Positions 7,469-15,703 of a stretch of 25,842 nt of DNA are shown here, piece after piece (position 1 is the first letter of the stretch; every line of letters begins with the position of its first letter). The translations under genes and the position numbers were made by a program. Source of the stretch: a virus. Lineage: Duplodnaviria; Caudoviricetes. The DNA lies in IMG/VR virus record IMGVR_UViG_3300042317_000788, positions 1 through 25,842 of that record. One strand, given 5' to 3'. The notes below the pieces were generated by a model. It searched no databases. It was not told where the DNA came from and saw nothing but the letters and a program-made list of their open reading frames with translations.

Positions 7469-8125
7469 ATGACTGAACATAGACTTTTAAATAATATTTT
7501 AGGATCAGAATATTGGGTAAACTCTGGAAAAATTGATTTTTATGAAATTCAATCTGCATCTAATGTTCCAAGCAAGTGGACCGATATTAAACCAGTTTTA
7601 AAAAGTAAGTATAAAAATAAAATAATAAAACCAATAAATGCATATACTATTAACTTTGGAATCAAACCAGAATTAATTATAAAAGATAACCATATTATTT
7701 TAAGGCAATCAACACATGCAGATATTTGGGTTGAAGAAAAAAGAAAAAATACACTATATGCATTAGATAAAACTTGGATGAGGCAATTTTATCCATCTGA
7801 TCAAACCTTAGATGAGCAGAGTGGTTGTTATCTTGCACAATATAAATTTTATACTCCTTGGATTATTGATGACATAGTTGATGTTGAGATTAAAGGAATA
7901 TCTGAATCTCCATTTTTTGTATATCCTAATACTTTAACTTTTAATAAAATAAATATGGATCTACATCATATATATCCCAAATGGGTATATATTTTAATTA
8001 AAAAACAAAGCAGCATGGATAAAGAAGGATTTTTTGTTATTAAAAACAATACCCCTGCTTTTGATATAATAGTTAAAGATAAAAAAATTATTGAAAAAAT
8101 TATTAAGGAGTACAATGAAAAATAA
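7469..8125 (+). CDS. Hypothetical protein
   Basis: 218 aa AT-rich ORF coupled to the next gene; KFYTPWII...SPF and NTPAFDI loosely echo the downstream protein. Confidence 0.7.
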   Translation: MTEHRLLNNILGSEYWVNSGKIDFYEIQSASNVPSKWTDIKPVLKSKYKNKIIKPINAYTINFGIKPELIIKDNHIILRQSTHADIWVEEKRKNTLYALDKTWMRQFYPSDQTLDEQSGCYLAQYKFYTPWIIDDIVDVEIKGISESPFFVYPNTLTFNKINMDLHHIYPKWVYILIKKQSSMDKEGFFVIKNNTPAFDIIVKDKKIIEKIIKEYNEK

Positions 8126-8846
8126 AAAAATAGTTTTCACTTCTTCCGGTGGAGAAGCAAAAAAAGATGTTTTTGTTGCACCATCAGAGGCTATAAAATG
8201 TATTCCAGATTGGTATAAAAATCTTGCTCCATACGGTGGCGATAGTAATAAATTTAAAGATTTATCTCCAGTTAATGATAGAGGTGCAGATGGGAGCAAT
8301 GTTTCCACTAAACTTTGTCTTCCATTTTTTGATGCGTTAACAATGGGATATATGTATTGTCTTGAAGATGATCTAATTGTTGAATTAGATAAAAAAGGAA
8401 TCCCATCATTACATTGGAAAGAAAATATTGCATTGATGGATAAAAGGCCAAATGTAGATTTAGCAATACCATCAGACTGCCATCCAATACATTTTGGTGT
8501 GCGTATGAATTGGTTTTATGATACTCCAAAAGGATATTCAATATTAATTACGCATCCACTAAATAGATATGATCTTCCATTTTATGTATCTTCTGCTGTA
8601 GTTGATTCGGATGTTTGGGGACTTCCAGCCTTTATTCCCTTTTTTCTAAAAAAGAATTTTTTTGGGGTAATTCCAAAAGGAACCCCAATATGTCAAATGA
8701 TTCCTATAAAAAGAGATAACTGGGAAAAAGAAGTTATTACTACTAACCAAGCCTATGATAAAAAAAATATCTATGAGGAAAAACGAAGAACTGATATAAC
8801 TGGATACTATAAAAGAACGACATGGCAGAAAAAATCATACCTATGA
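8115..8846 (+). CDS. Hypothetical protein, DUF6065-like / dUTPase-like beta-clip
   Basis: SD AAGGAG before ATG 8115; PDWYK, CLPFFDA, TPKGYSILITHPLNR, IPKGTPICQMIP motifs. Confidence 0.55.
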   Translation: MKNKKIVFTSSGGEAKKDVFVAPSEAIKCIPDWYKNLAPYGGDSNKFKDLSPVNDRGADGSNVSTKLCLPFFDALTMGYMYCLEDDLIVELDKKGIPSLHWKENIALMDKRPNVDLAIPSDCHPIHFGVRMNWFYDTPKGYSILITHPLNRYDLPFYVSSAVVDSDVWGLPAFIPFFLKKNFFGVIPKGTPICQMIPIKRDNWEKEVITTNQAYDKKNIYEEKRRTDITGYYKRTTWQKKSYL

Positions 8847-8852
8847 TATACT
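8844..8852 (+). promoter_or_regulatory. Extended -10 promoter overlapping stop codon
   Basis: TGATATACT; its TGA is the stop of the upstream gene. Confidence 0.5.
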
Positions 8853-8877
8853 TATATAAACGAAATGGAGTTATTTA

Positions 8878-9501
8878 ATGACTAAAGACCATAAGTTCTT
8901 TGAAACATTTTTAGATGTTGATTTAAAAAGATTTCAAGGATATTTAATTAAACAGTATGAAAAAATTAATGATATTGAACTTAAAGGAATAACCCCTTTA
9001 GATTTAAAAAAAGATAATTTTGTTGAATCTCAAAGCATTTCAACAATTAAATGGAGAGAGTATAACGTCTTTCAGTTTTATAATACAGATATTCATAAAA
9101 TTTTTAAAAATTTATCAAAATTAATTCATGAGGCTTGTGAATATTATGAAATAGATTTTGACAGTCAGCAGTATATGGTTCAGGGTTGGTTTAATATCAA
9201 TTATACAAAAAAGGGTAAATTAAATTGGCATGATCATGGTCCACATCCAGCACCATTTTTTCATGGCTATTACTCAGTAAATGCAGAACCATCAATAACA
9301 CACTATAAGGTTAATGGTAAAGATGTTGAAAACCATAACATCAATAATAGAATGATTGTTTCTGAAATGGCACATCCACATGCGATGGCAGATTGGTCTT
9401 GGGAAGGTCCAAGAATTACCCTTGCATACGACATTGTTCCATTAAAAAGTTTATTAGGTAATGAACAAGCAATCCAACAGCACTGGATTCCATTGCTATA
9501 A
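8878..9501 (+). CDS. Putative 2OG-Fe(II) oxygenase/cupin (HxH type), paralog B
   Basis: GWFNIN...WHDH...HGYYSV...PHAM...RITLAYD; clear paralog of 5912..6622. Confidence 0.7.
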   Translation: MTKDHKFFETFLDVDLKRFQGYLIKQYEKINDIELKGITPLDLKKDNFVESQSISTIKWREYNVFQFYNTDIHKIFKNLSKLIHEACEYYEIDFDSQQYMVQGWFNINYTKKGKLNWHDHGPHPAPFFHGYYSVNAEPSITHYKVNGKDVENHNINNRMIVSEMAHPHAMADWSWEGPRITLAYDIVPLKSLLGNEQAIQQHWIPLL

Positions 9502-10352
9502 TGAAACAAAAAATCAATATTTTTATATATTCGTATAAAAATAAAAATTTATTAGATTCAATTAATAGTTTAATAAATTTATCTAGTAAAAACTTTTATT
9601 TAAAGTTTTTTATTTTTGACCAATCAAATGTTAGTAAAGAAAAAGACTATTATTCTTACCATAATATTACATATAGGTTTATAAAATGGGATGATTTTAT
9701 GGGAATTCCTTATTATAGAAATCAAATGTTAAATAATGAATGTGATTACTATTTAGAGATTAGCGATCAAATAACATTGACAGAAAATTGGGATCAAGAA
9801 TTGGTTAATTTTTTAAAATTAAATAGTAACACAGTTATATCTGGCAAAGGAAATTTAAGTTTAACATTAAATGATTTTGTAATTAAAAAAGAAGAAAAAC
9901 ATTCTGATAATTTTTATTTAAATAATTGGATAGATACAAATTTTTTGTTTTTACAACAAAATAATATTAAATTCTTATTATCTTTAGATATATTTAAATA
10001 CTATGGTCAAGATATTTTTCTTCTAACAACATTAATGAAAAATAATATTGCTATCTATTCTTGTCCATCTAATCTATATAGCATTAAAAAAACAAATAAT
10101 TTAGAAGATTCTTACTCTATGATTGATCTTTATTATAATTATAATAATGCTATAAAATATTTAAAACAAAATAGAAATCAATTAAAGGCGTTTGAGATTA
10201 ATAAAAATATTAATATTACTGACTTTTGTTATTTACCATTTGATAATACTGGGGTTCAATATTCAAGTGTTGTGTCTGATTTAGATCAAAAAACAAATAA
10301 ATATTTTCCAATAAGTACAAGCATTGTTATAAAGGAGAATGAAAATGTCTGA
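9501..10352 (+). CDS. GT-A fold glycosyltransferase-like protein resembling Gnt1/GT60 (Skp1 hydroxyproline GlcNAc transferase)
   Basis: INIFIYSYKNKNL, FIFDQ, GIPYYRN, DYYLEISDQITLTENWDQELV follow the IFV.IASYRD...G...AR...YYLQIDSH.RF...WD..LI pattern; the DxH motif is degenerate. Confidence 0.5.
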   Translation: MKQKINIFIYSYKNKNLLDSINSLINLSSKNFYLKFFIFDQSNVSKEKDYYSYHNITYRFIKWDDFMGIPYYRNQMLNNECDYYLEISDQITLTENWDQELVNFLKLNSNTVISGKGNLSLTLNDFVIKKEEKHSDNFYLNNWIDTNFLFLQQNNIKFLLSLDIFKYYGQDIFLLTTLMKNNIAIYSCPSNLYSIKKTNNLEDSYSMIDLYYNYNNAIKYLKQNRNQLKAFEINKNINITDFCYLPFDNTGVQYSSVVSDLDQKTNKYFPISTSIVIKENENV

Positions 10353-10989
10353 TTTTGAAATATTAGATTTAGGATTAGTTTATTTCAAGAATGCTATTAA
10401 AAATCCTCAGCAAATAATTATAGATTTAGAAAATTTAGATAAAAAAGTTTTACAACACAAACTTCCTAGTAATCAAACTAAAGCAGAAACTTGGAAACCT
10501 TGGGAAGACAATGGACAATTTTTTTGTTTACAGAAAAATTTGTTTCCATTAAAACAAATAAATAAAAAAGATTTTTTTTATGATGAATTAACAGATCTTG
10601 CTGACAAACTTTTTACTCCATTAGATGTTTTTATGAATAAATATAAAGAGATATACCCATTTTTAAGCATTAGATCTAGAGATGATATAATGCGTGTTCT
10701 TAAATATGAAAATTCGGGATATCTTCCAGCACATACGGATCAAGGAGTTAGCACTAGAAGTCTTTCAGTTTTAATATATTTAAATGATGATTATCAAGGT
10801 GGTAATATTGTTTTTCCAAATTCAAAAGTTTCTCTAAAACCAGAAGCAGGAAGTATGATTTTTTTTCCATCAAACTTTTTATATGTTCATCAAATAGAAC
10901 CAGTCACTAGTGGAATTAAATATTCTTTACCAAATTGGTATCATAATGTAGTAGAAGAAAAAAGATATTTTTCAACAGGAGAGGCTTAA
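10345..10989 (+). CDS. Prolyl-4-hydroxylase-like 2OG-Fe(II) oxygenase
   Basis: HTD...LSVLIYLNDDYQGG...H.IEPVTSGIKYSL; SD AAGGAG 7 nt before ATG 10345. Confidence 0.9.
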   Translation: MSDFEILDLGLVYFKNAIKNPQQIIIDLENLDKKVLQHKLPSNQTKAETWKPWEDNGQFFCLQKNLFPLKQINKKDFFYDELTDLADKLFTPLDVFMNKYKEIYPFLSIRSRDDIMRVLKYENSGYLPAHTDQGVSTRSLSVLIYLNDDYQGGNIVFPNSKVSLKPEAGSMIFFPSNFLYVHQIEPVTSGIKYSLPNWYHNVVEEKRYFSTGEA

Positions 10990-10992
10990 ATT

Positions 10993-11553
10993 ATGATTAA
11001 ACCATTTATTATTGATAATTTTATAGATCCACATGATGCAAATATTTTAATTCAAGAGATGAAAAACCCCTCTGAGGTCAATCCATATCCAGATTATTAT
11101 AAAACAAGGTTTGGTGGAACTTCATTTCCTTATAATAAAAAAGTTTTAGAACTTCAAAAAAAATATGCTTTAAAGTCAAGCAAAGTTTTACAAGAACTAA
11201 ATCCTAAAGAAAAAAAAGATATAAAAACTTTTAAATGTTTCGGGTCAATTTGGGGTGCAGGAGGATATGGGCAAGTACATATAGACGATCAAGATCCAGA
11301 AGAATTTATTGAATATAGTTCTGTTATATACTTAAATGATGATTTTACTGGTGGAGATATTTTTTTCCCCTGTTTTTCATTTACATACTCTCCTAAAAAA
11401 TACTCTGCTGTTTTTTTTATTAGTGATGGGGGCAAATGGAAACATGGAATAACTCCAATAGAGTCTGGTAATCGCATGACGCTTCTTTATATGCACACAA
11501 CACAAACAACACATCCAAAAGGGTTTATTACAATAGACCCAGACTTGAATTGA
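10993..11553 (+). CDS. Prolyl-4-hydroxylase-like 2OG-Fe(II) oxygenase
   Basis: HID...SSVIYLNDDFTGG...HGITPIESGNRMTL. Confidence 0.9.
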   Translation: MIKPFIIDNFIDPHDANILIQEMKNPSEVNPYPDYYKTRFGGTSFPYNKKVLELQKKYALKSSKVLQELNPKEKKDIKTFKCFGSIWGAGGYGQVHIDDQDPEEFIEYSSVIYLNDDFTGGDIFFPCFSFTYSPKKYSAVFFISDGGKWKHGITPIESGNRMTLLYMHTTQTTHPKGFITIDPDLN

Positions 11554-11559
11554 GAAAAA

Positions 11560-11727
11560 ATGGAATATGATACAATAGAAGGATTAAAAGCAGAACTTCG
11601 TTTTATGTATGCAAGGTATGAAAAAACCTGTATTGCTTACGGGGAATTAATAAAAAAGAACCTTGTAACAAAGACTGGTAATACTTTTCAAGAACAATTA
11701 AATTATAATGATAACAAAGGAGAATAA
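11560..11727 (+). CDS. Hypothetical 55 aa protein (not in ORF track)
   Basis: MEYDTIEGLKAELRFMYARYEKTCIAYGELIKKNLVTKTGNTFQEQLNYNDNKGE fills the gap; contains a TGATACAAT motif at 11568-11576. Confidence 0.55.
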   Translation: MEYDTIEGLKAELRFMYARYEKTCIAYGELIKKNLVTKTGNTFQEQLNYNDNKGE

Positions 11728-11728
11728 A

Positions 11729-12316
11729 ATGGCAGAAAAAGGTACAGTAGAAGCAATTATTGAAATTGCTAAGAAAGAAGTTGGAACTATTGAAGGTCCA
11801 AAAGATAATGAAACAAAATACGGCAAGTGGACAGGTGCAAACTTTCTTCCTTGGTGTCAATCTTTTGTTTCTTGGTCTGCATTTACATCAGGATTAGATC
11901 CAAAGAAATATCCAAAGTCTGCTTCGACAGTAGCAGCATCGGATTGGTTTAAGAAAAATAAACGATGGTCAGATGCTCGCAATGATGACCCAACACCTGG
12001 AGACTGGATTTATTTCGATTTCCCAGATGACGGAGTTAACCGAATTTCTCACGTAGGTTTGTGTATTAAAAATAATGGCGATGGAACCATTCAAACCATT
12101 GAAGGAAATACTGCCGGATCTGCTAAAGGAGATCAAAGAAATGGCGGAATGTGTGCCGAAAAAACAAGGGCATATGTAAAAGATAATAAGAAAAAATTAG
12201 TCAATACCATTGTTGGCTGGGGTCGTCCAATTTACAAAGGTGAAGAAGCAACTCCACTTGAAGTAAAATTAGAGCGTCCAGTCGCTAAAAAGGTTGCAAA
12301 GAAGGCTGCAAAGTAA
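11729..12316 (+). CDS. CHAP-domain peptidoglycan amidase (putative endolysin)
   Basis: PWCQSFVSW (catalytic Cys), SHVG (His), IEGNT; SD AAGGAG before ATG 11729; Lys/Ala tail. Confidence 0.85.
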   Translation: MAEKGTVEAIIEIAKKEVGTIEGPKDNETKYGKWTGANFLPWCQSFVSWSAFTSGLDPKKYPKSASTVAASDWFKKNKRWSDARNDDPTPGDWIYFDFPDDGVNRISHVGLCIKNNGDGTIQTIEGNTAGSAKGDQRNGGMCAEKTRAYVKDNKKKLVNTIVGWGRPIYKGEEATPLEVKLERPVAKKVAKKAAK

Positions 12317-12462
12317 TGTCATTTAAGGCTAAGACTAAGATTGGTTTTAATCACATGATCCTGCGTGATGGATATATCGTTGCATTGAATAAAGATGGTA
12401 CTGAACGATATAGAAAAGATAGAGTTACTGGAGAACCAGTTAAAACAAAAGGACAAAAATGA
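12316..12462 (+). CDS. Hypothetical 48 aa basic protein (not in ORF track)
   Basis: MSFKAKTKIGFNHMILRDGYIVALNKDGTERYRKDRVTGEPVKTKGQK; TAATG and ATGA overlaps with both neighbours. Confidence 0.7.
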   Translation: MSFKAKTKIGFNHMILRDGYIVALNKDGTERYRKDRVTGEPVKTKGQK

Positions 12463-13100
12463 AATCAAAAAATGTCTTAGCCTTATTATTAATTAGTTTT
12501 ATATTTACAAATTCAGCATATGCTTCAACAGGAAGCGCTATTTCATATAAGTCTATGGATGATGCTATCAAAGTACTTAAAGTTGCCCCAGAATCTCGTA
12601 CAGGCTATGTAAGGGCTAAGTTTAAGCATTGGGTTGGCGTTGGAAATGGTTGTGATTCACGTAAAGCAGTAATAATTTCAGAAGCATCTGTTCAGCCAAA
12701 AGTAGAGTCTGGGTGTAAAATTATTGGTGGTGAATGGAATAGCATTTATGATAGTGTTAAAGTAACTGATGCTGGAAAATTAGATGTAGATCATATGGTT
12801 CCATTGGCTGAAGCATGGGACTCTGGAGCATCTGCTTGGGATGATAAAAGACGTGAGTTGTATGCAAATGATCAAACTGATAAGATACATCTTATAGCCG
12901 TAACAGGTGCTTCAAATAGATCAAAATCAGATAGAGATCCAGCAGAATGGATGCCACCAAATAAAGCATATCATTGTCAATACATTACAAATTGGATATC
13001 TATTAAAATTAGATGGTCTTTGTCTGTAGATGAAAAAGAATTGTTAGCAATTAAATCTATTAAATGCCCTAAACGAAAAATAACAATATCATCACTTTAG
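12459..13100 (+). CDS. Secreted HNH-type nuclease (DUF1524/GmrSD C-terminal-like)
   Basis: Signal peptide ending AYA|S; LDVDHMVPLAEAWDSGA, NRSKSDRDPAEWMP, CQY..NW..IK.RW.L. Confidence 0.85.
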   Translation: MKSKNVLALLLISFIFTNSAYASTGSAISYKSMDDAIKVLKVAPESRTGYVRAKFKHWVGVGNGCDSRKAVIISEASVQPKVESGCKIIGGEWNSIYDSVKVTDAGKLDVDHMVPLAEAWDSGASAWDDKRRELYANDQTDKIHLIAVTGASNRSKSDRDPAEWMPPNKAYHCQYITNWISIKIRWSLSVDEKELLAIKSIKCPKRKITISSL

Positions 13101-13109
13101 GATTAAATT

Positions 13110-13295
13110 ATGCCAAAATATGAATACATATGTAATAGTTGTGCAATAAATATCACTAAAGAAAGATCTATCTTAGAAGATGAGCCTAAATATTTTTGTG
13201 AAAAATGCAACGGTGTCCTAACTAGACAATACACTCCATTTGGTGTACAATTTAATAGTAAGGGTTTTTATTCCACCGACAATAAGAAGGTATAA
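13110..13295 (+). CDS. FmdB-family zinc-ribbon protein
   Basis: MPKYEYICNSC...CEKC...GVQFNSKGFYSTD. Confidence 0.85.
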   Translation: MPKYEYICNSCAINITKERSILEDEPKYFCEKCNGVLTRQYTPFGVQFNSKGFYSTDNKKV

Positions 13296-13296
13296 T

Positions 13297-13551
13297 ATGA
13301 ATAGAATGACTGAGCAAACCGCTGAACGCAAATGGCTTCTTACACCCCTAGACAGGTGTGATTCTTGTCCAGCACAGGCATATGTATCTGTAACTGGAGT
13401 AAATGGCGAACTAATGTTTTGTAGCCATCATTACAATAAAATTATGAATGATCCAGTTGGAAAAGAAAAGATGATGGCATATGCGTATTCTTTTCTAGAT
13501 GAAAGAGAAAGACTTATTGAAAATAGACTACAAGGCGAGTCGTACCAATAA
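13297..13551 (+). CDS. Actinobacterial zinc-finger protein (DUF7455-like); start 13297 or 13306
   Basis: LTPLDRCDSCPAQAYV...GELMFCSHH. Confidence 0.7.
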   Translation: MNRMTEQTAERKWLLTPLDRCDSCPAQAYVSVTGVNGELMFCSHHYNKIMNDPVGKEKMMAYAYSFLDERERLIENRLQGESYQ

Positions 13552-14126
13552 TGTTTATTTATGATGATAGTTTTTTAACATATGAAGAACAGGTAGAATT
13601 TGCAAACAAGATTTTTGATGAAAAGGAAAAAAATTGGGCAGTTTGGAGAGCCCTAGAAGTAATGAATATTCCTGGCCAAAAACAAAGAATTCCTAAATCT
13701 TTGGTTTTAGTTGCAAAAGAATCCTATAATAATTTTCAAGTTGTACAGGATTTAAACAATAAAGAATATGAATATATTTTTGATAAATTTTGTACAAAAC
13801 ATAATATTAAACCAAAGGCAATTCTTCGTGCAAGAGTTAATATATTAACTAAGTCTAACTATGATAACTATAATTATCCACACGTAGACAATCCAATTGC
13901 TCACAACGTTTTTCTATATTATTTTAACTCTTCAGATGGAGATACGATTATTTTTGATAAAAAAATTGGAGAAGACTTATCAAATATTGACAATCTACCA
14001 ATTCTACATTCTATTAAACCAAAAATGGGTGCTGCAATAAAATTTGATGGAAGTTATTACCATTCATCAACACAACCAAAAGAATCAGAACTTAGATGTA
14101 TCCTTAACATTGACTATAGGGAGTAA
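13551..14126 (+). CDS. 2OG-Fe(II) oxygenase, phage type
   Basis: PHVD...FLYYFNSSDGDTIIF...FDGSYYHSSTQP...RCILNI. Confidence 0.8.
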   Translation: MFIYDDSFLTYEEQVEFANKIFDEKEKNWAVWRALEVMNIPGQKQRIPKSLVLVAKESYNNFQVVQDLNNKEYEYIFDKFCTKHNIKPKAILRARVNILTKSNYDNYNYPHVDNPIAHNVFLYYFNSSDGDTIIFDKKIGEDLSNIDNLPILHSIKPKMGAAIKFDGSYYHSSTQPKESELRCILNIDYRE

Positions 14127-14129
14127 AAA

Positions 14130-14456
14130 ATGGAACAAGAAGATTTAATATTTATAGACTTAGTTGAACAAGGTGCAATTGAATATGCTGGTTTAAATGA
14201 AGAAGGTGAAGCAATTTATAACTTTACCGACAAATTAAAAGATATTAATCCAGACTTATTTGACATACACCAAACACAATTAAACCGTGAGGTAATGTTT
14301 TTATGGGAGCAGGGTTTTATTACAGTAGACCTATTGCAAGATAATCCAGATGTTGGATTAACAGAAAAGTCTTTCGATGAAAAATCTGTTGAGATGTTGG
14401 ATGATATTTACAAAACAGTCCTAAAGGAAATCAAAAGAATTTTATCGCAACAGTGA
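14130..14456 (+). CDS. Hypothetical acidic protein
   Basis: 108 aa ORF with SD GGGAG. Confidence 0.75.
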   Translation: MEQEDLIFIDLVEQGAIEYAGLNEEGEAIYNFTDKLKDINPDLFDIHQTQLNREVMFLWEQGFITVDLLQDNPDVGLTEKSFDEKSVEMLDDIYKTVLKEIKRILSQQ

Positions 14457-14462
14457 TACAAT
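14454..14462 (+). promoter_or_regulatory. Extended -10 promoter for a leaderless transcript
   Basis: TGATACAAT, then 6 nt, then ATG 14469; no SD. Confidence 0.65.
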
Positions 14463-14468
14463 ATATGT

Positions 14469-14882
14469 ATGAATGAAATTGTTGTAACATTCTTGACAAT
14501 TTGTGGTATTTGGGCTATACTTTATACAGTAAAGAAAAACGAAAGTAGATCTTTACCAAAAATTAAATACAGTCAGACTAGAATACATAATATTCTTTCT
14601 GAGTTTTTGCCATATGGGTTAGAGGTAGAACGTATATCTCAGTCTACAAAACTCAAAGATAAGAATACTGTACGTGTTTTAGTTATTGGTCCAATTGCTT
14701 ATTGGGTTAGAAATAACATATTTTATGAAGCAGATGTAGAAGAGGGTGAAGTTGATAAAGAAAGTGCAAGAGCAATCAACTTTACTGATATGGATCAAAA
14801 AGAAGTAGTAAAAATGTTAGATATTTTAGACCACCTAAAGAATGGAAAAAGAAATGAAGGTCGTAGTACAAGGAACGAATGA
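14469..14882 (+). CDS. Hypothetical protein with N-terminal TM anchor
   Basis: IVVTFLTICGIWAILYTV followed by KK. Confidence 0.75.
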   Translation: MNEIVVTFLTICGIWAILYTVKKNESRSLPKIKYSQTRIHNILSEFLPYGLEVERISQSTKLKDKNTVRVLVIGPIAYWVRNNIFYEADVEEGEVDKESARAINFTDMDQKEVVKMLDILDHLKNGKRNEGRSTRNE

Positions 14883-15204
14883 GTTCAATGAGTATTCTAT
14901 TTTTCTTCGTGCTATGGGTGTAATGATATCTGGTTTAAAAGAAACTGATCATGAGTTTATAGTATATTCACTTGGACCATCAAATGTAAATGATTTTGCT
15001 TCTGAGTTTTGCAATGTTTCAGAACGAAACTTAAAGGCTAGAGGAATTAAAGTTAAGTTTATTAAGGTTCACTATACATGGGTTGAAGAAAATCTACATG
15101 AAGTTGATTACTTTGCTTACTTATCAAAACCAAACCAACCACTATCAAATATAGCAAAACTTGCACAAGCGCAAGATTTTGAATTTGGAACATTTCAATA
15201 CTAA
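14854..15204 (+). CDS. Hypothetical protein, SLOG/YspA-like N-terminus
   Basis: MKVVVQGTNEFNEY resembles MKVIIAGSRxFxDY; divergent. Confidence 0.5.
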   Translation: MKVVVQGTNEFNEYSIFLRAMGVMISGLKETDHEFIVYSLGPSNVNDFASEFCNVSERNLKARGIKVKFIKVHYTWVEENLHEVDYFAYLSKPNQPLSNIAKLAQAQDFEFGTFQY

Positions 15205-15213
15205 GGAGTTAGA

Positions 15214-15429
15214 ATGATTGTCAATAATTTAAAACAAATGGAAACCATTGTTTCTAATAACAGCAAGTTGTATTGGGATGGTTGGGATGTTCTTGAACTA
15301 ACGCCATTAGATTCTGCTGTTTTTCAAAAAAACGGAGTATATAAAAACAATAGATGGAATATTCAAAAACGATATGTGGCAAACCGTAATGGTTGGACAA
15401 TGCCAGATAAGTATAAACAATATGAATAA
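15214..15429 (+). CDS. Hypothetical protein
   Basis: 71 aa, SD AAGGAG, WDGW motif. Confidence 0.75.
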   Translation: MIVNNLKQMETIVSNNSKLYWDGWDVLELTPLDSAVFQKNGVYKNNRWNIQKRYVANRNGWTMPDKYKQYE

Positions 15430-15703
15430 ACATTTATGGAAAGAAAGCGCTGCCTGTAAGGATTTTGATACTAATTTATTTTTTGATAAGTATGAAGAAA
15501 CTCCAGATATTAGGCATGGTGTTGATAGCGTATGTCTTAAATGTCCAGTTGCATCAACTTGTTTTGCTGTTGGCATATCACAAAAAGAATATGGAATTTG
15601 GGGCGGTATTTATCTAGATAAAGGTAAAATTTCTAGAGAGTTTAATAGCCATAAAACAAAATCTAAATGGTCTGAAATATGGCAGAATTTGACAATGAAA
15701 TAA
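15422..15703 (+). CDS. whiB: WhiB-family Fe-S transcription factor
   Basis: W...AAC...LFF, C-x2-C-P-V-x3-C, EYGIWGG turn. Confidence 0.92.
   Translation: MNKHLWKESAACKDFDTNLFFDKYEETPDIRHGVDSVCLKCPVASTCFAVGISQKEYGIWGGIYLDKGKISREFNSHKTKSKWSEIWQNLTMK

Noticed and set aside
12459-13100. HNH protein as homing endonuclease or restriction system
   Set aside because: It has a signal peptide, no intron or intein context, and no adjacent methylase or GmrS domain.
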